A stretch of 27,510 nt of DNA. Origin: a virus. Taxonomy: Duplodnaviria; Caudoviricetes. Within the stretch, counting starts at the first letter, position 1; every line of letters starts with the position of its first letter. Location: IMG/VR virus record IMGVR_UViG_3300046830_000005, positions 1-27,510 of that record; one strand, written 5' to 3'. The notes below the pieces were generated by a model. That model did not search any database, was not told the DNA's origin, and worked only from the letters and a program-made list of their open reading frames with translations. The translations under genes were made by a program, and so were the position numbers. Below are positions 7,673 to 17,033 of the stretch, piece after piece.

Positions 7673-10600
7673 TTATTTTGGTATGTTTAATAATCTATCT
7701 ATTTCATCGTATCTACCTCGACCACCTAAATTCTTCTTAACTTTAGCTTCTTTTAATTTATCTGCAAACGTAGGATTTTCTCCTACCATTTTTAAATATG
7801 CCTCTCTTTTAGCTTTTCTAAATACTTTCTGAACCATTTTATAAAACTCTTGATCCTCTACTCTATATCCGTTACGTCTACGTAGTTGTAATTTTTTAAA
7901 CTCTGCAAAACCATTTTTAAATGATTTAGAGTCAAATACTTTTTCTAAGTCTTTACGTAAACTACTCATAGAAATATACTTTTGCATCGTAGATCTTTCT
8001 TTAGAGGTAAGACGTAAACCTTTATAAGTTTTAGTTACTTCTGGTAAGTTATAACCCATTTCATATAGAGTTGTTTTTACAGAATCTCCAGATGTATTAG
8101 TAATAGCTACAGGTGATAAAAAGTTAAATGCACGTAGTAATGGTTGACTTCCTGGGGGCTCAAACTTAACACCAGATCTATCTTTTGCAAGCATATCATA
8201 TTTAGGAGGTACTAAAGATTTAAATAAAGCATCACGTTTAATCATCATTTCTAACATATTGTTAGCTTCTTTTTGATTAGCATCAAGTAAATCACCAATA
8301 CTACCAATTAAAGCTGAGTATGGTAAACCTGATCTTGCAAATTTACCTCCTAATGTACTACCTTTGTTAAGTAAACCTTCGGGATCTAACACGGAAGCTA
8401 AGTCATCAACACCTGCAAGCATAGATTTATCAACTACAGCTGCAGCTGCCATAAATGTTAAAGTTTCTAATAGTTCTGTTTTTATATCTTCATCTAAAGC
8501 ATGTTGATAATTAAACACGTTAGCTGCTGTTGCAATAACTGTGTTAAATGGTTCTATATCTCTGTAAGAAACTAAAGTATTACCAATACGCATTGTATGT
8601 GGTTTAATACCTTCTTGTCTCCAAAGATCTCTCATCTCTTTATCACGAGGTAAGTCACCATAAATATTACCCATTGCAGCTCCTATACTAGCCATAGCTA
8701 CAATACTACTACCAACAGCTATTCTACCTTCCATCAAAGCTTTTTCAGCTGGTAAATCAGCTGCAGTAAGACCATATTTTTCAAGGTTTTGTCCAGACAT
8801 TATATCACGATACCTTTTACTAAAAGCTTCTAAAGGTGTGTGTTGAACGGTAAGACGTATAGCATTATAACCTGTTCTAACAAATGGGAAGAACAACATA
8901 CCCACAGGGTTGTTTTGTAAAGTTTCAAATGCTTTCATCCAGCCTTCAACATCTCGTGTCATAGTAGCTTCTCTACCAGCCATCAATGCTGCTTGGTCAG
9001 TTACGACCATCATGTTGCCATCACCCATTTTAAAAATTTGATCTGCAAATCTTTGTTCTTGGGCTCTTGCATAATCAGTTAATTGATCTAAGGGTATACC
9101 TTTTTCTACACCTTCTTGTGCAGCTCTAATACGAGCTGTAAAACGACCTATCACTGTTCTAGCTGCAGCATCACCTGCACCCATAGCATTTTGTGAATAA
9201 CGCATTAAAGGACTTGTATTTAAATTAACAAGTGTGTTTAAACCTCTATACATCATTTTTTCACTAGGTGAACCAAATTCCTCAGCATATTTACCTAACC
9301 GTTTAAAGTTTTGTAAATCTGTTGGTAAATCAAATCTACCTTGATAAGACATTTTTTTATTGTGTAGACCTTGTTGCCAGTTATATTTAAATACTTTCCA
9401 ACTTTCTGAGTATGCTTTACCTATAGCATCTATAGTTGCAGCTGCTACAGCTTGTTGTGCTCTATCAGCTCCTCTACCAAACTTAGCACCCGCATACATC
9501 ATAAAGGGTCTTAATACAGTAATTAAATTAGTACCTACTACAGCCCTGATAGGTGTTTTAGGTGAACTAAGTATAGAATTATAGTATACAGAGGCTAATT
9601 CTCTCAATACTTGTGACGGTATCTTTTGACCATTAACCATACCACCTAAACCTAAACGTGCTTTTAAGTAGTTTTGCATCATAGATAAAGACGTTACACG
9701 ACCATCTGTTATAGAATATATTTCAGCTAATTGTTTTGCTTGGCGTTTATTACCATTTTTAATTAGCTCTTTCATATGTTGTGTAAATGTCTTCTCTTCT
9801 TCTATAATCTCTTTTAATTTTTTACCCAATTTTGCTTGGGCTGCCTGTGGAAATATACCTCTACCTTTTTGTACTTCTAACGCATTACCTGTCATATATG
9901 CAACTTTTTTCATCTCAACCATTGCAATCTGTAAATGGTCAAGGATGTCCATTGCTTGTCTAGTTGCATTAGCACCTTTAGGTAACATTGTAACACCTGT
10001 ACCTATATCAGCTGCTTTTTTTAACATGTAGTGTGTAGCTAGTGTTAAAGCATTTTTCATCTGAGGTGTAATAGTTATAACCTTGTCACCGTCAAAATCC
10101 CAAAATATAAAGTTTTTACGTCCTGCTATATCACTAACATCTAGTTTCTTTGTACCAAGATCTGCGTTTAGATACCGTGTCAAAGCCTGTTGACCTTCTG
10201 TTCCACCTATACCTATAATGTCAATAATTTCTTGAGCTGCAGCAATTTGCATCTCTCGTATTTCATTAAACGGCATAGCATTGTCAATCTGCCTAAATGC
10301 TTGCTCAGTAATGTTGTCCATGATTTCTGTAGCAAACTTACGTAAACCTGCATCATCTTGGGTCATTCTACGTGTATGAGCATTAGTAGACATGTTAGTA
10401 GAACCTACTGGTCTGCCTTCACGTCTAAAGTTTTTAGTAGACTCATTAACATATTCTACATATGGATTATCAGTATCAGTTGATTGACGATAATCAGCTC
10501 TTTCAGTTTGACTAAATTTTTGAGGGTTAACATCTGGATCAGGTTTACGGAATCTATTAGCTCGTTCCTGTGCAGCACTCATGCCTTGTTCTGGTAGCCA

Positions 10601-12580
10601 AGGGTCATTAGCAGATCTACCTTTTCTAAATGCAAGGTCGATGTAATCTTGTAGAGTAACATTTTCAGTAGTTGTTCTACCTAACTCTAACTGATTTGCA
10701 GGATCCCAGTATATTTGTACTTGATGTTTACGTTTACCTTTACCAGCATATAAACCACCTTGGTGAGTATATCCACCAAAACCTTCTTTTTTTAGACGAT
10801 CTTCAATTATTTGTAATATACTTTCTGCATGTTCATATGAATACATATCATAATCATAGGTAGCAATTTTTCTACTTACTCTAATAAATTCACCAAGAGT
10901 TACATTTTCTCTACCTAACTCTGCTAAAGTATCAGAAACTACTGCAGCATCATCATGTCTTAAAGTACCATCTGGTAATGTTTGTTCTTTAAGATAATCA
11001 TCTAACTCTTTATATATAAGGGGACTCATATCTTCATCAAGATCATAAAACTTTACTTCTTGTTTTTGTCTTGTTTTGTATACTAACGGGTCAGTTAATT
11101 CTGCTCTAGTACTTTTAATATTTTTCTTTTTATATTTATTAGCAGTAATTATATCATCTGTGGTGTAAAAACCGTACCCAAATAATCCTGGTTTAGCCTC
11201 ACCGTAGTAAGCATCACCGTCATATGGCCCTTGTAATTTATCTATTTCAGTAGCAGTACCATGATAATATGTACCTTTACCACGAGTGTCAGTTATACGA
11301 TTTTCTGCTTTAATGACACGATCTGCTTCACCTTTACCCGTCACAGGATCTATGTTATCAGGATCACCTTTTATAGTAATATCCTTGTTTAACTCTTCCC
11401 CCGCAAACAGTCGTTGGGCTTCTTCGTAATCTTCTTCTGTCAGATGTTTTCTTAAATATAAATCTAAATTATCTACATCTTCTGAATTTCTAAAACCTTT
11501 ACCTTCGGCATAAGCTTTGTCAGCTTCTTTTTTAGCATTAATTATGTCATCTGTATCATTCTTACGAATGTAATTATACATAACTCTATTACCTTCAGCA
11601 TTAGCTGTAGTTATAGCTTCATCATAAAAATCTTTAATAACAAAGTTGTCACCTACAAGATCTTTAGATCTAGGTAAAAGTTTTTGATCTCCTGTGCCTT
11701 GTAGTAGTTTTTGTTCTTCTATAAGTTCTTTTGCTTTTTTAGTAGCAGCAAACTTACCTTTTAAAAAACCTACTAAAGCATGGCCTACAAGGTTTACACC
11801 AGCTCCAGCTGTAACTGATTTGATTCTAGCAGACCAAGGATTATCTTCTTCATTTACAGACAATGCTTCACTAAATGGAATCATTGGTGCATATTGATCT
11901 ATAAGGTTTGCTATGTTGCTTTCTTCACTATCATTCATAATAAAGTCAGCCATACCACCTTCACCTGCTATTTTAGCAAATTTTGCTGCTCTAGGGTTTG
12001 TTAAAAATTGTATGGGTTTACTACCAGCTTTAAATCGCTGTGCAGCTCCTGCTAGCTTTGTACCAGCACTCAACCCTTTCATAGCACCACTAGCAGCAAT
12101 ACCTGCCTTTGCAGCAGCTCCTGCCTTAGCAGTCAATACAGCTAAAATACCAAACTCTGTCATACCCCGCATCAGTTTACCAAGACCTGTTTTTGTCTCA
12201 GGTGTAAATTGATCTGGTATATCTATCCAGTTACCTTTTTCGTATCTATCACTAAAAGGATTTTCTTCTTCTTTTGTACCAAAACCAAACAAACTACCAG
12301 CTGCTAGACTAAGAGTGTCACCACTAAGATCTAAGAATGATCCTATACTTTCTGCAGCATCTACAGCACCACCTAAAGGCACGGATACAATTTCTTGTAA
12401 AGCCCTGCCTGGCCCGTCAGCTATAAATCCTTGGTCTTGTTCTTGTTGTTTTTGTTCAGCTTCAATCGCTTTGTTGACGTTTCTTTCCTCTAAAAACTCT
12501 TTACCTAACTCATTAAGCTCTTCATACTGTTTGTCAGTTGGCATATCATATGAGGAAATTGGTCTTAAACTGTCAGTCAT
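7673..12580 (-). CDS. Internal virion (ejection) protein, gp16-like, carrying an internal ADP-ribosyltransferase-like domain
   Basis: 1635 aa, mostly helical, and the last of the three large core genes before the fibre (T7 synteny). The C-terminal half has FFPFVRT..N and YYNSILS.PKT motifs of this family. aa ~434-633 contain YYHGT...GLFGYGFYTTDD...A.KY. Confidence 0.85.
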   Translation of the reverse strand: MTDSLRPISSYDMPTDKQYEELNELGKEFLEERNVNKAIEAEQKQQEQDQGFIADGPGRALQEIVSVPLGGAVDAAESIGSFLDLSGDTLSLAAGSLFGFGTKEEENPFSDRYEKGNWIDIPDQFTPETKTGLGKLMRGMTEFGILAVLTAKAGAAAKAGIAASGAMKGLSAGTKLAGAAQRFKAGSKPIQFLTNPRAAKFAKIAGEGGMADFIMNDSEESNIANLIDQYAPMIPFSEALSVNEEDNPWSARIKSVTAGAGVNLVGHALVGFLKGKFAATKKAKELIEEQKLLQGTGDQKLLPRSKDLVGDNFVIKDFYDEAITTANAEGNRVMYNYIRKNDTDDIINAKKEADKAYAEGKGFRNSEDVDNLDLYLRKHLTEEDYEEAQRLFAGEELNKDITIKGDPDNIDPVTGKGEADRVIKAENRITDTRGKGTYYHGTATEIDKLQGPYDGDAYYGEAKPGLFGYGFYTTDDIITANKYKKKNIKSTRAELTDPLVYKTRQKQEVKFYDLDEDMSPLIYKELDDYLKEQTLPDGTLRHDDAAVVSDTLAELGRENVTLGEFIRVSRKIATYDYDMYSYEHAESILQIIEDRLKKEGFGGYTHQGGLYAGKGKRKHQVQIYWDPANQLELGRTTTENVTLQDYIDLAFRKGRSANDPWLPEQGMSAAQERANRFRKPDPDVNPQKFSQTERADYRQSTDTDNPYVEYVNESTKNFRREGRPVGSTNMSTNAHTRRMTQDDAGLRKFATEIMDNITEQAFRQIDNAMPFNEIREMQIAAAQEIIDIIGIGGTEGQQALTRYLNADLGTKKLDVSDIAGRKNFIFWDFDGDKVITITPQMKNALTLATHYMLKKAADIGTGVTMLPKGANATRQAMDILDHLQIAMVEMKKVAYMTGNALEVQKGRGIFPQAAQAKLGKKLKEIIEEEKTFTQHMKELIKNGNKRQAKQLAEIYSITDGRVTSLSMMQNYLKARLGLGGMVNGQKIPSQVLRELASVYYNSILSSPKTPIRAVVGTNLITVLRPFMMYAGAKFGRGADRAQQAVAAATIDAIGKAYSESWKVFKYNWQQGLHNKKMSYQGRFDLPTDLQNFKRLGKYAEEFGSPSEKMMYRGLNTLVNLNTSPLMRYSQNAMGAGDAAARTVIGRFTARIRAAQEGVEKGIPLDQLTDYARAQEQRFADQIFKMGDGNMMVVTDQAALMAGREATMTRDVEGWMKAFETLQNNPVGMLFFPFVRTGYNAIRLTVQHTPLEAFSKRYRDIMSGQNLEKYGLTAADLPAEKALMEGRIAVGSSIVAMASIGAAMGNIYGDLPRDKEMRDLWRQEGIKPHTMRIGNTLVSYRDIEPFNTVIATAANVFNYQHALDEDIKTELLETLTFMAAAAVVDKSMLAGVDDLASVLDPEGLLNKGSTLGGKFARSGLPYSALIGSIGDLLDANQKEANNMLEMMIKRDALFKSLVPPKYDMLAKDRSGVKFEPPGSQPLLRAFNFLSPVAITNTSGDSVKTTLYEMGYNLPEVTKTYKGLRLTSKERSTMQKYISMSSLRKDLEKVFDSKSFKNGFAEFKKLQLRRRNGYRVEDQEFYKMVQKVFRKAKREAYLKMVGENPTFADKLKEAKVKKNLGGRGRYDEIDRLLNIPK

Positions 12581-15500
12581 GAGTCAAGTCCTAAATACTT
12601 TCTAATATTAGTTATAATGTATATATCTCTTTCTTTTCTAAGTTTATCTATATTTTTGTTAGTTGATTTTTCTAATCTGTCAGAATTTTGTTCATTCCAA
12701 TCATTTCTAAATTGTAACACAGGTGAATCTTGGTAAACAATATCTTTGTTACCGTCATACTTTTCTTGAGCTATCAACATATTAACAAGGTTATTGTAGT
12801 CAACCCTATCAGTAATTGGAGATATGGTTACACCATTTATTATCTTTTCATTTACTCTGTTAAGGTTTTCCCATTTTCTAACTTTGTTATTCCATTTATC
12901 CCATAAAGGATTATGTGAAACACTATTACCAAAGAAACCATCACTCTTAATTACTATATCTTTAGGTGGTTCCATATCTTTTAATAACTTATATATAGAT
13001 GCGTTTCTGTCAAAGTCTTTAAAGTTTACACCAGATGTCTCGTCAAGATCAAGTAAATTTTCTAATACAAGATTAGGTTCAAGATTGTATTTTTCTTCAA
13101 ACTTAGTTAAGTCTCTAGAATTAGATACACTAAGACTATCTTTATTATACTTACCAAGAAGTTTACTTGTATCACCTGAGTAGTAACCATCAAGTACATC
13201 AAAAGCATAATCAGACTTATCGTTATCTATATTATCATATATACTACCTTCACCATAATCATTCATAGAACCTTCACCAAATCTCATACCAGTAGCTACC
13301 ATAAGAATAGCTTGGTTTTTATCATTGGTTTGACTAACTGCCTGTTTAAGTAAATGATTAATTTGTAAACGATGTACTTTTTCACGAACTAGGGCATCAT
13401 TATCATAATCCCCTTTATCAATACCTTCTCTTTCTAACACTGAGATTAAATCACCTTCAAATACAGGATTTTCAATATTTACTACAATAGAATTAGCAAG
13501 TGTATTAAGATCAATAGCACCTAATTCATCTATAGCTCTTGAGAATCCTTCAGCATCACTAGAAAATACTTTAGCTAAATGCTTATATTTATCTTTTACA
13601 GCTGTATGTACTGCCTGTAGTTCTGGAGAAAAGTCTGATAATGGTATATCTTCTAAACCATGTTTACGTCTTTGTAAGTTTAAAACATCAATAGCTGTAT
13701 ATCCTGTTTCACTAAACTCTGCTATTTGCATAAGTGATCTATCTAAAAAACTAATTTTACCAGTTCCCTTATCATACTCTGGAGTAAGTAAAGAACTATT
13801 TTTTGGTATAATAATTTCGTTTCTAATATGATCCCCGTCAGGTGCATATTCTTGTAGTACATCTAACTTTTCGCTAGCTGCTGTACCATCGGCTAATATG
13901 TTACCTATTTTTTCATTAGCAGGGATAATACTTGGATTCATTAATGCACTTGTAAAACCTTCTGCATCTGTTGCAAAAATACCTGTACCTGTTGTTAATT
14001 CTGATTCAGCTTGTGCTATTGCGTTTGCTAAAGCAACCTCTGGATTATCACCATTAAGATAATTTGCACCAGCTAATTTTAATACATATGCTTTTGCACC
14101 ATCTTCAGCTGCACCAAGTTTAATATCATCGCCAGTCTCAGTAAGGCTAGTTCTAAGTTTACTTGTAATAGTACCATTTATATCTTTAAGACTATTATCT
14201 ACTAATGTACCCCACGTTTCACTACCCATCTCTGACCAAATATGGCTTGTTTTATATTTATACTTACCACCATTCTTTTTATGATCTTCTAATATGTCAC
14301 TTCTAAATGTGGCATCAAATCCAATTAAATCTTCATTTGTAACGTAACCATTTTTACCTACTAATTCATTATACTTTACACGAGATGCTTTATTATTTAA
14401 TTCAATAGGATCAAAATTAGCAAGTTTTTGTATTGTAGGTATTAAATCTATATCATCGTAACGATCATTACTTAACATACCTAGACCTATTTCTTTAATG
14501 TCCATTATAGTATATGGAGCACCAGTATCTTCATTTATAACATTATTATAATATAAATTTTGAGATTGTTTAATTTTTAATTGGACTTCAGCTTTTAGAC
14601 TTTCATCTATTTTCTGTTGATTTAATCTAGTTTTATTATTATGGTCAATAAGTAATTGGTCAAGATCTAAGTCTCCTGCCATTAAAGTTTCTAAATCACC
14701 AGTCATACCAGCCATTTCAAAACCATTTTCCATTTTTAAAAACTCTACATAGTCGGCTGCTGATTCTGGATCAAGAGCAGATAATGCACTTTTTATACCT
14801 TCAATAAGTCTTGTTTTGTTAGCTTTAAATCTACTAACAGTAGAACCAATAAGAGCTTCACTTCCTGGCCCATTTATTAATATATCATTAATAGAATCGA
14901 CAACAGCTATAAGCTTAACGTCAACATATTTACCGTCTACTAACGGAACCTCTGGCCCAAAGTTTTCAGCTGCAGTGATAAGTTTATTAATTCTATCACT
15001 TTGTTCTGTTTCACCAGTTCTAGCTAACTCTTGTTTAAATTCTGCAGTTCTAAACTCTTGTGTAGATTTTACAACACTTGCAGTAAGATAAGAATTTCTA
15101 ACTGTATCTGCAGCACCAAACGGGTTGTTGTTTGCAATGTATTGATCTTCTACATGGTTCTCAATTTCTTTTTTATGATCTGAGTTAAGAACTGTGTAGT
15201 AATCATTTATCTTATATTCAGTACCATCACGAGTTGTAAATGTATTTTCATTATTTGATAATTCATCAATAAGATGTGCTTTGTAGCCTTGAGCTGCTTC
15301 TTGTAGTTGAGCTCTTACAAAACCCCAACGTACATTAGCACCCATTTTTCTAACATTAAGTGCTTTTAATTTATCTTGTAATGATATATTTTCTTGGTTT
15401 TGTCTGTCAAGAAATGCCTCAGTAGATTCATTAATCTTTTGAGACATGTTCTTAACTTTTTCATTTAACTCTTCTATTTCTTTTGCATCACCTTCTACTT

Positions 15501-15855
15501 CAGCTATAGCTTCTTCATCACCTGCTTCGTACCTTCTGTAAAGTTCTACACCTTCTTGACGCTTGGCATCAATGTATCCTTTACCTACAGTTTTAGCAGC
15601 TGTATCTAAAAAGTCATTTAATGTATCACTAAATTTAGATAACTGTTGTATTTGAAATTTGTCGTTGCTGGTTTGTATACTGTCTTGTCTATCAAGTTCT
15701 CCTAGCTGATCCGTAGATGCAGCTGTAAACTCTTTGACAGTTTGTTTTCTTTGTGATTCTAACGCCTTAGCGTATTCTGCAAGATCTTTGTTGTCTTTTG
15801 TATTATAGACTCTCTTGCTATATGAGGAGTTTTTTGTACTACCTGAGTATGTCAT
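12577..15855 (-). CDS. Internal virion protein, gp15-like (1092 aa)
   Basis: Lies between the gp14-like and gp16-like genes; acidic and helical; ATGA overlap with gp16. Confidence 0.8.
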   Translation of the reverse strand: MTYSGSTKNSSYSKRVYNTKDNKDLAEYAKALESQRKQTVKEFTAASTDQLGELDRQDSIQTSNDKFQIQQLSKFSDTLNDFLDTAAKTVGKGYIDAKRQEGVELYRRYEAGDEEAIAEVEGDAKEIEELNEKVKNMSQKINESTEAFLDRQNQENISLQDKLKALNVRKMGANVRWGFVRAQLQEAAQGYKAHLIDELSNNENTFTTRDGTEYKINDYYTVLNSDHKKEIENHVEDQYIANNNPFGAADTVRNSYLTASVVKSTQEFRTAEFKQELARTGETEQSDRINKLITAAENFGPEVPLVDGKYVDVKLIAVVDSINDILINGPGSEALIGSTVSRFKANKTRLIEGIKSALSALDPESAADYVEFLKMENGFEMAGMTGDLETLMAGDLDLDQLLIDHNNKTRLNQQKIDESLKAEVQLKIKQSQNLYYNNVINEDTGAPYTIMDIKEIGLGMLSNDRYDDIDLIPTIQKLANFDPIELNNKASRVKYNELVGKNGYVTNEDLIGFDATFRSDILEDHKKNGGKYKYKTSHIWSEMGSETWGTLVDNSLKDINGTITSKLRTSLTETGDDIKLGAAEDGAKAYVLKLAGANYLNGDNPEVALANAIAQAESELTTGTGIFATDAEGFTSALMNPSIIPANEKIGNILADGTAASEKLDVLQEYAPDGDHIRNEIIIPKNSSLLTPEYDKGTGKISFLDRSLMQIAEFSETGYTAIDVLNLQRRKHGLEDIPLSDFSPELQAVHTAVKDKYKHLAKVFSSDAEGFSRAIDELGAIDLNTLANSIVVNIENPVFEGDLISVLEREGIDKGDYDNDALVREKVHRLQINHLLKQAVSQTNDKNQAILMVATGMRFGEGSMNDYGEGSIYDNIDNDKSDYAFDVLDGYYSGDTSKLLGKYNKDSLSVSNSRDLTKFEEKYNLEPNLVLENLLDLDETSGVNFKDFDRNASIYKLLKDMEPPKDIVIKSDGFFGNSVSHNPLWDKWNNKVRKWENLNRVNEKIINGVTISPITDRVDYNNLVNMLIAQEKYDGNKDIVYQDSPVLQFRNDWNEQNSDRLEKSTNKNIDKLRKERDIYIITNIRKYLGLDS

Positions 15856-15873
15856 AACCTTAGTTATTGTTAA

Positions 15874-16602
15874 TTAAAACATGTCTTTAAAATAATCTTC
15901 GCCACCAAGAGTTGTTGCTGCTCCTAGTCCAGTGGATATACCACTGAGTATTGGGCCAAGTGGTGAAGGTTTAGGTGGAGCCTTCTGTTCAATCGGTGTT
16001 TGTGTCATGAATGAAGCGGTTGGAGCTACATGAGCAGATGTTGATATGTTGTTGTAAGCCGATGTGTTGGCTGCATAATGATCTAAGTCTAGACCAAATT
16101 GTTTAATACCATATGCCCTTGTTGCATCAAATATGGTTGCATCTAATTGTGCAGATGCCATACCGTATTCTCTTTCAATATCGTCAATAGTTAACATCAT
16201 AGATTGACCAGCTTGTTGCCCACTAGCTAAAATACTGCCTTGTGCTTTAACAGCCTTGGCTAAATTAGTTTGACTTTCAAACATAGTCTTATTTACTTTT
16301 TCTCTTAACTCAGCTTGAGCTGCTTCTGACGCTCTATTGTGTTCTATTTGATTAATGTTTTTTTGCTGATAGTATGCAGATCTTGCTGCAGCATCAGCTT
16401 GTAGTTGTGCTGTAAATACCTCACCTTTACGTTGATCGTTATAAGCTGAGATAGTTATGTCGTTAATATATTTTTGTCGTGCCATCGCATTGCTGCGATT
16501 TACGGCATCGACCTGAGCACGGTGTTGCCTATTCTGTTCTTGTATTCCAGTGACAGCCTGAGCACCACCGAGTCCAATAGCTAAAGCTGCTACCGTACAC
16601 AT
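15874..16602 (-). CDS. Internal virion protein, gp14-like
   Basis: Starts MCTVAALAIGLGGAQA (MC plus a hydrophobic/Gly stretch, as in T7 gp14), has an Ala/Gln-rich coiled region and a Gly-rich hydrophobic C-terminus; synteny fits. Confidence 0.8.
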   Translation of the reverse strand: MCTVAALAIGLGGAQAVTGIQEQNRQHRAQVDAVNRSNAMARQKYINDITISAYNDQRKGEVFTAQLQADAAARSAYYQQKNINQIEHNRASEAAQAELREKVNKTMFESQTNLAKAVKAQGSILASGQQAGQSMMLTIDDIEREYGMASAQLDATIFDATRAYGIKQFGLDLDHYAANTSAYNNISTSAHVAPTASFMTQTPIEQKAPPKPSPLGPILSGISTGLGAATTLGGEDYFKDMF

Positions 16603-17033
16603 GGTTTTATAAATGTTATAAGAGGGACATTGTTGTAGACATGATAGTTGACAAAGGTGAAACCTAAAAGTTTTAGTAATTTTATATGTGATTCATTTCG
16701 CATATCTGCTTGATTATATAAATAAGGATTGAGTAAACTGTTTACCCAGCGTTTGGCTTCCCTTACAAATGTATGTGGATACTCTGTACTAGCATCAGTA
16801 CATAACATCCATATTAAATTGTTGGGAGTCACTCCTGCCACTCCAGCAGCCTTGCCGTTGGGAACCTTAAAATATACAGAATATGTAGAATTAAAAAAAG
16901 ATTCAATTATAGAAGCCTCTGCACTTAAACCAGAAGTTTCCTCTGCCTCACGTCTATCTTCATAGCGTAAGGTCAGACCTACACTTAGAGCTAACTCTGG
17001 TGTGCAAGTCTGAATATACTTACCTTCGTACAT
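16590..17033 (-). CDS. gp13-like protein (putative GNAT-fold acetyltransferase)
   Basis: LRYEDRREAE...GVAGV...IWMLCT...LYN.AD.RN..HIKLLKLLGF.F pattern of T7 gp13-like proteins. The likelier start is the ATG at 17033 (short overlap with the gp12 stop); the ORF track uses 17057. Confidence 0.8.
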   Translation of the reverse strand: MYEGKYIQTCTPELALSVGLTLRYEDRREAEETSGLSAEASIIESFFNSTYSVYFKVPNGKAAGVAGVTPNNLIWMLCTDASTEYPHTFVREAKRWVNSLLNPYLYNQADMRNESHIKLLKLLGFTFVNYHVYNNVPLITFIKPCVR

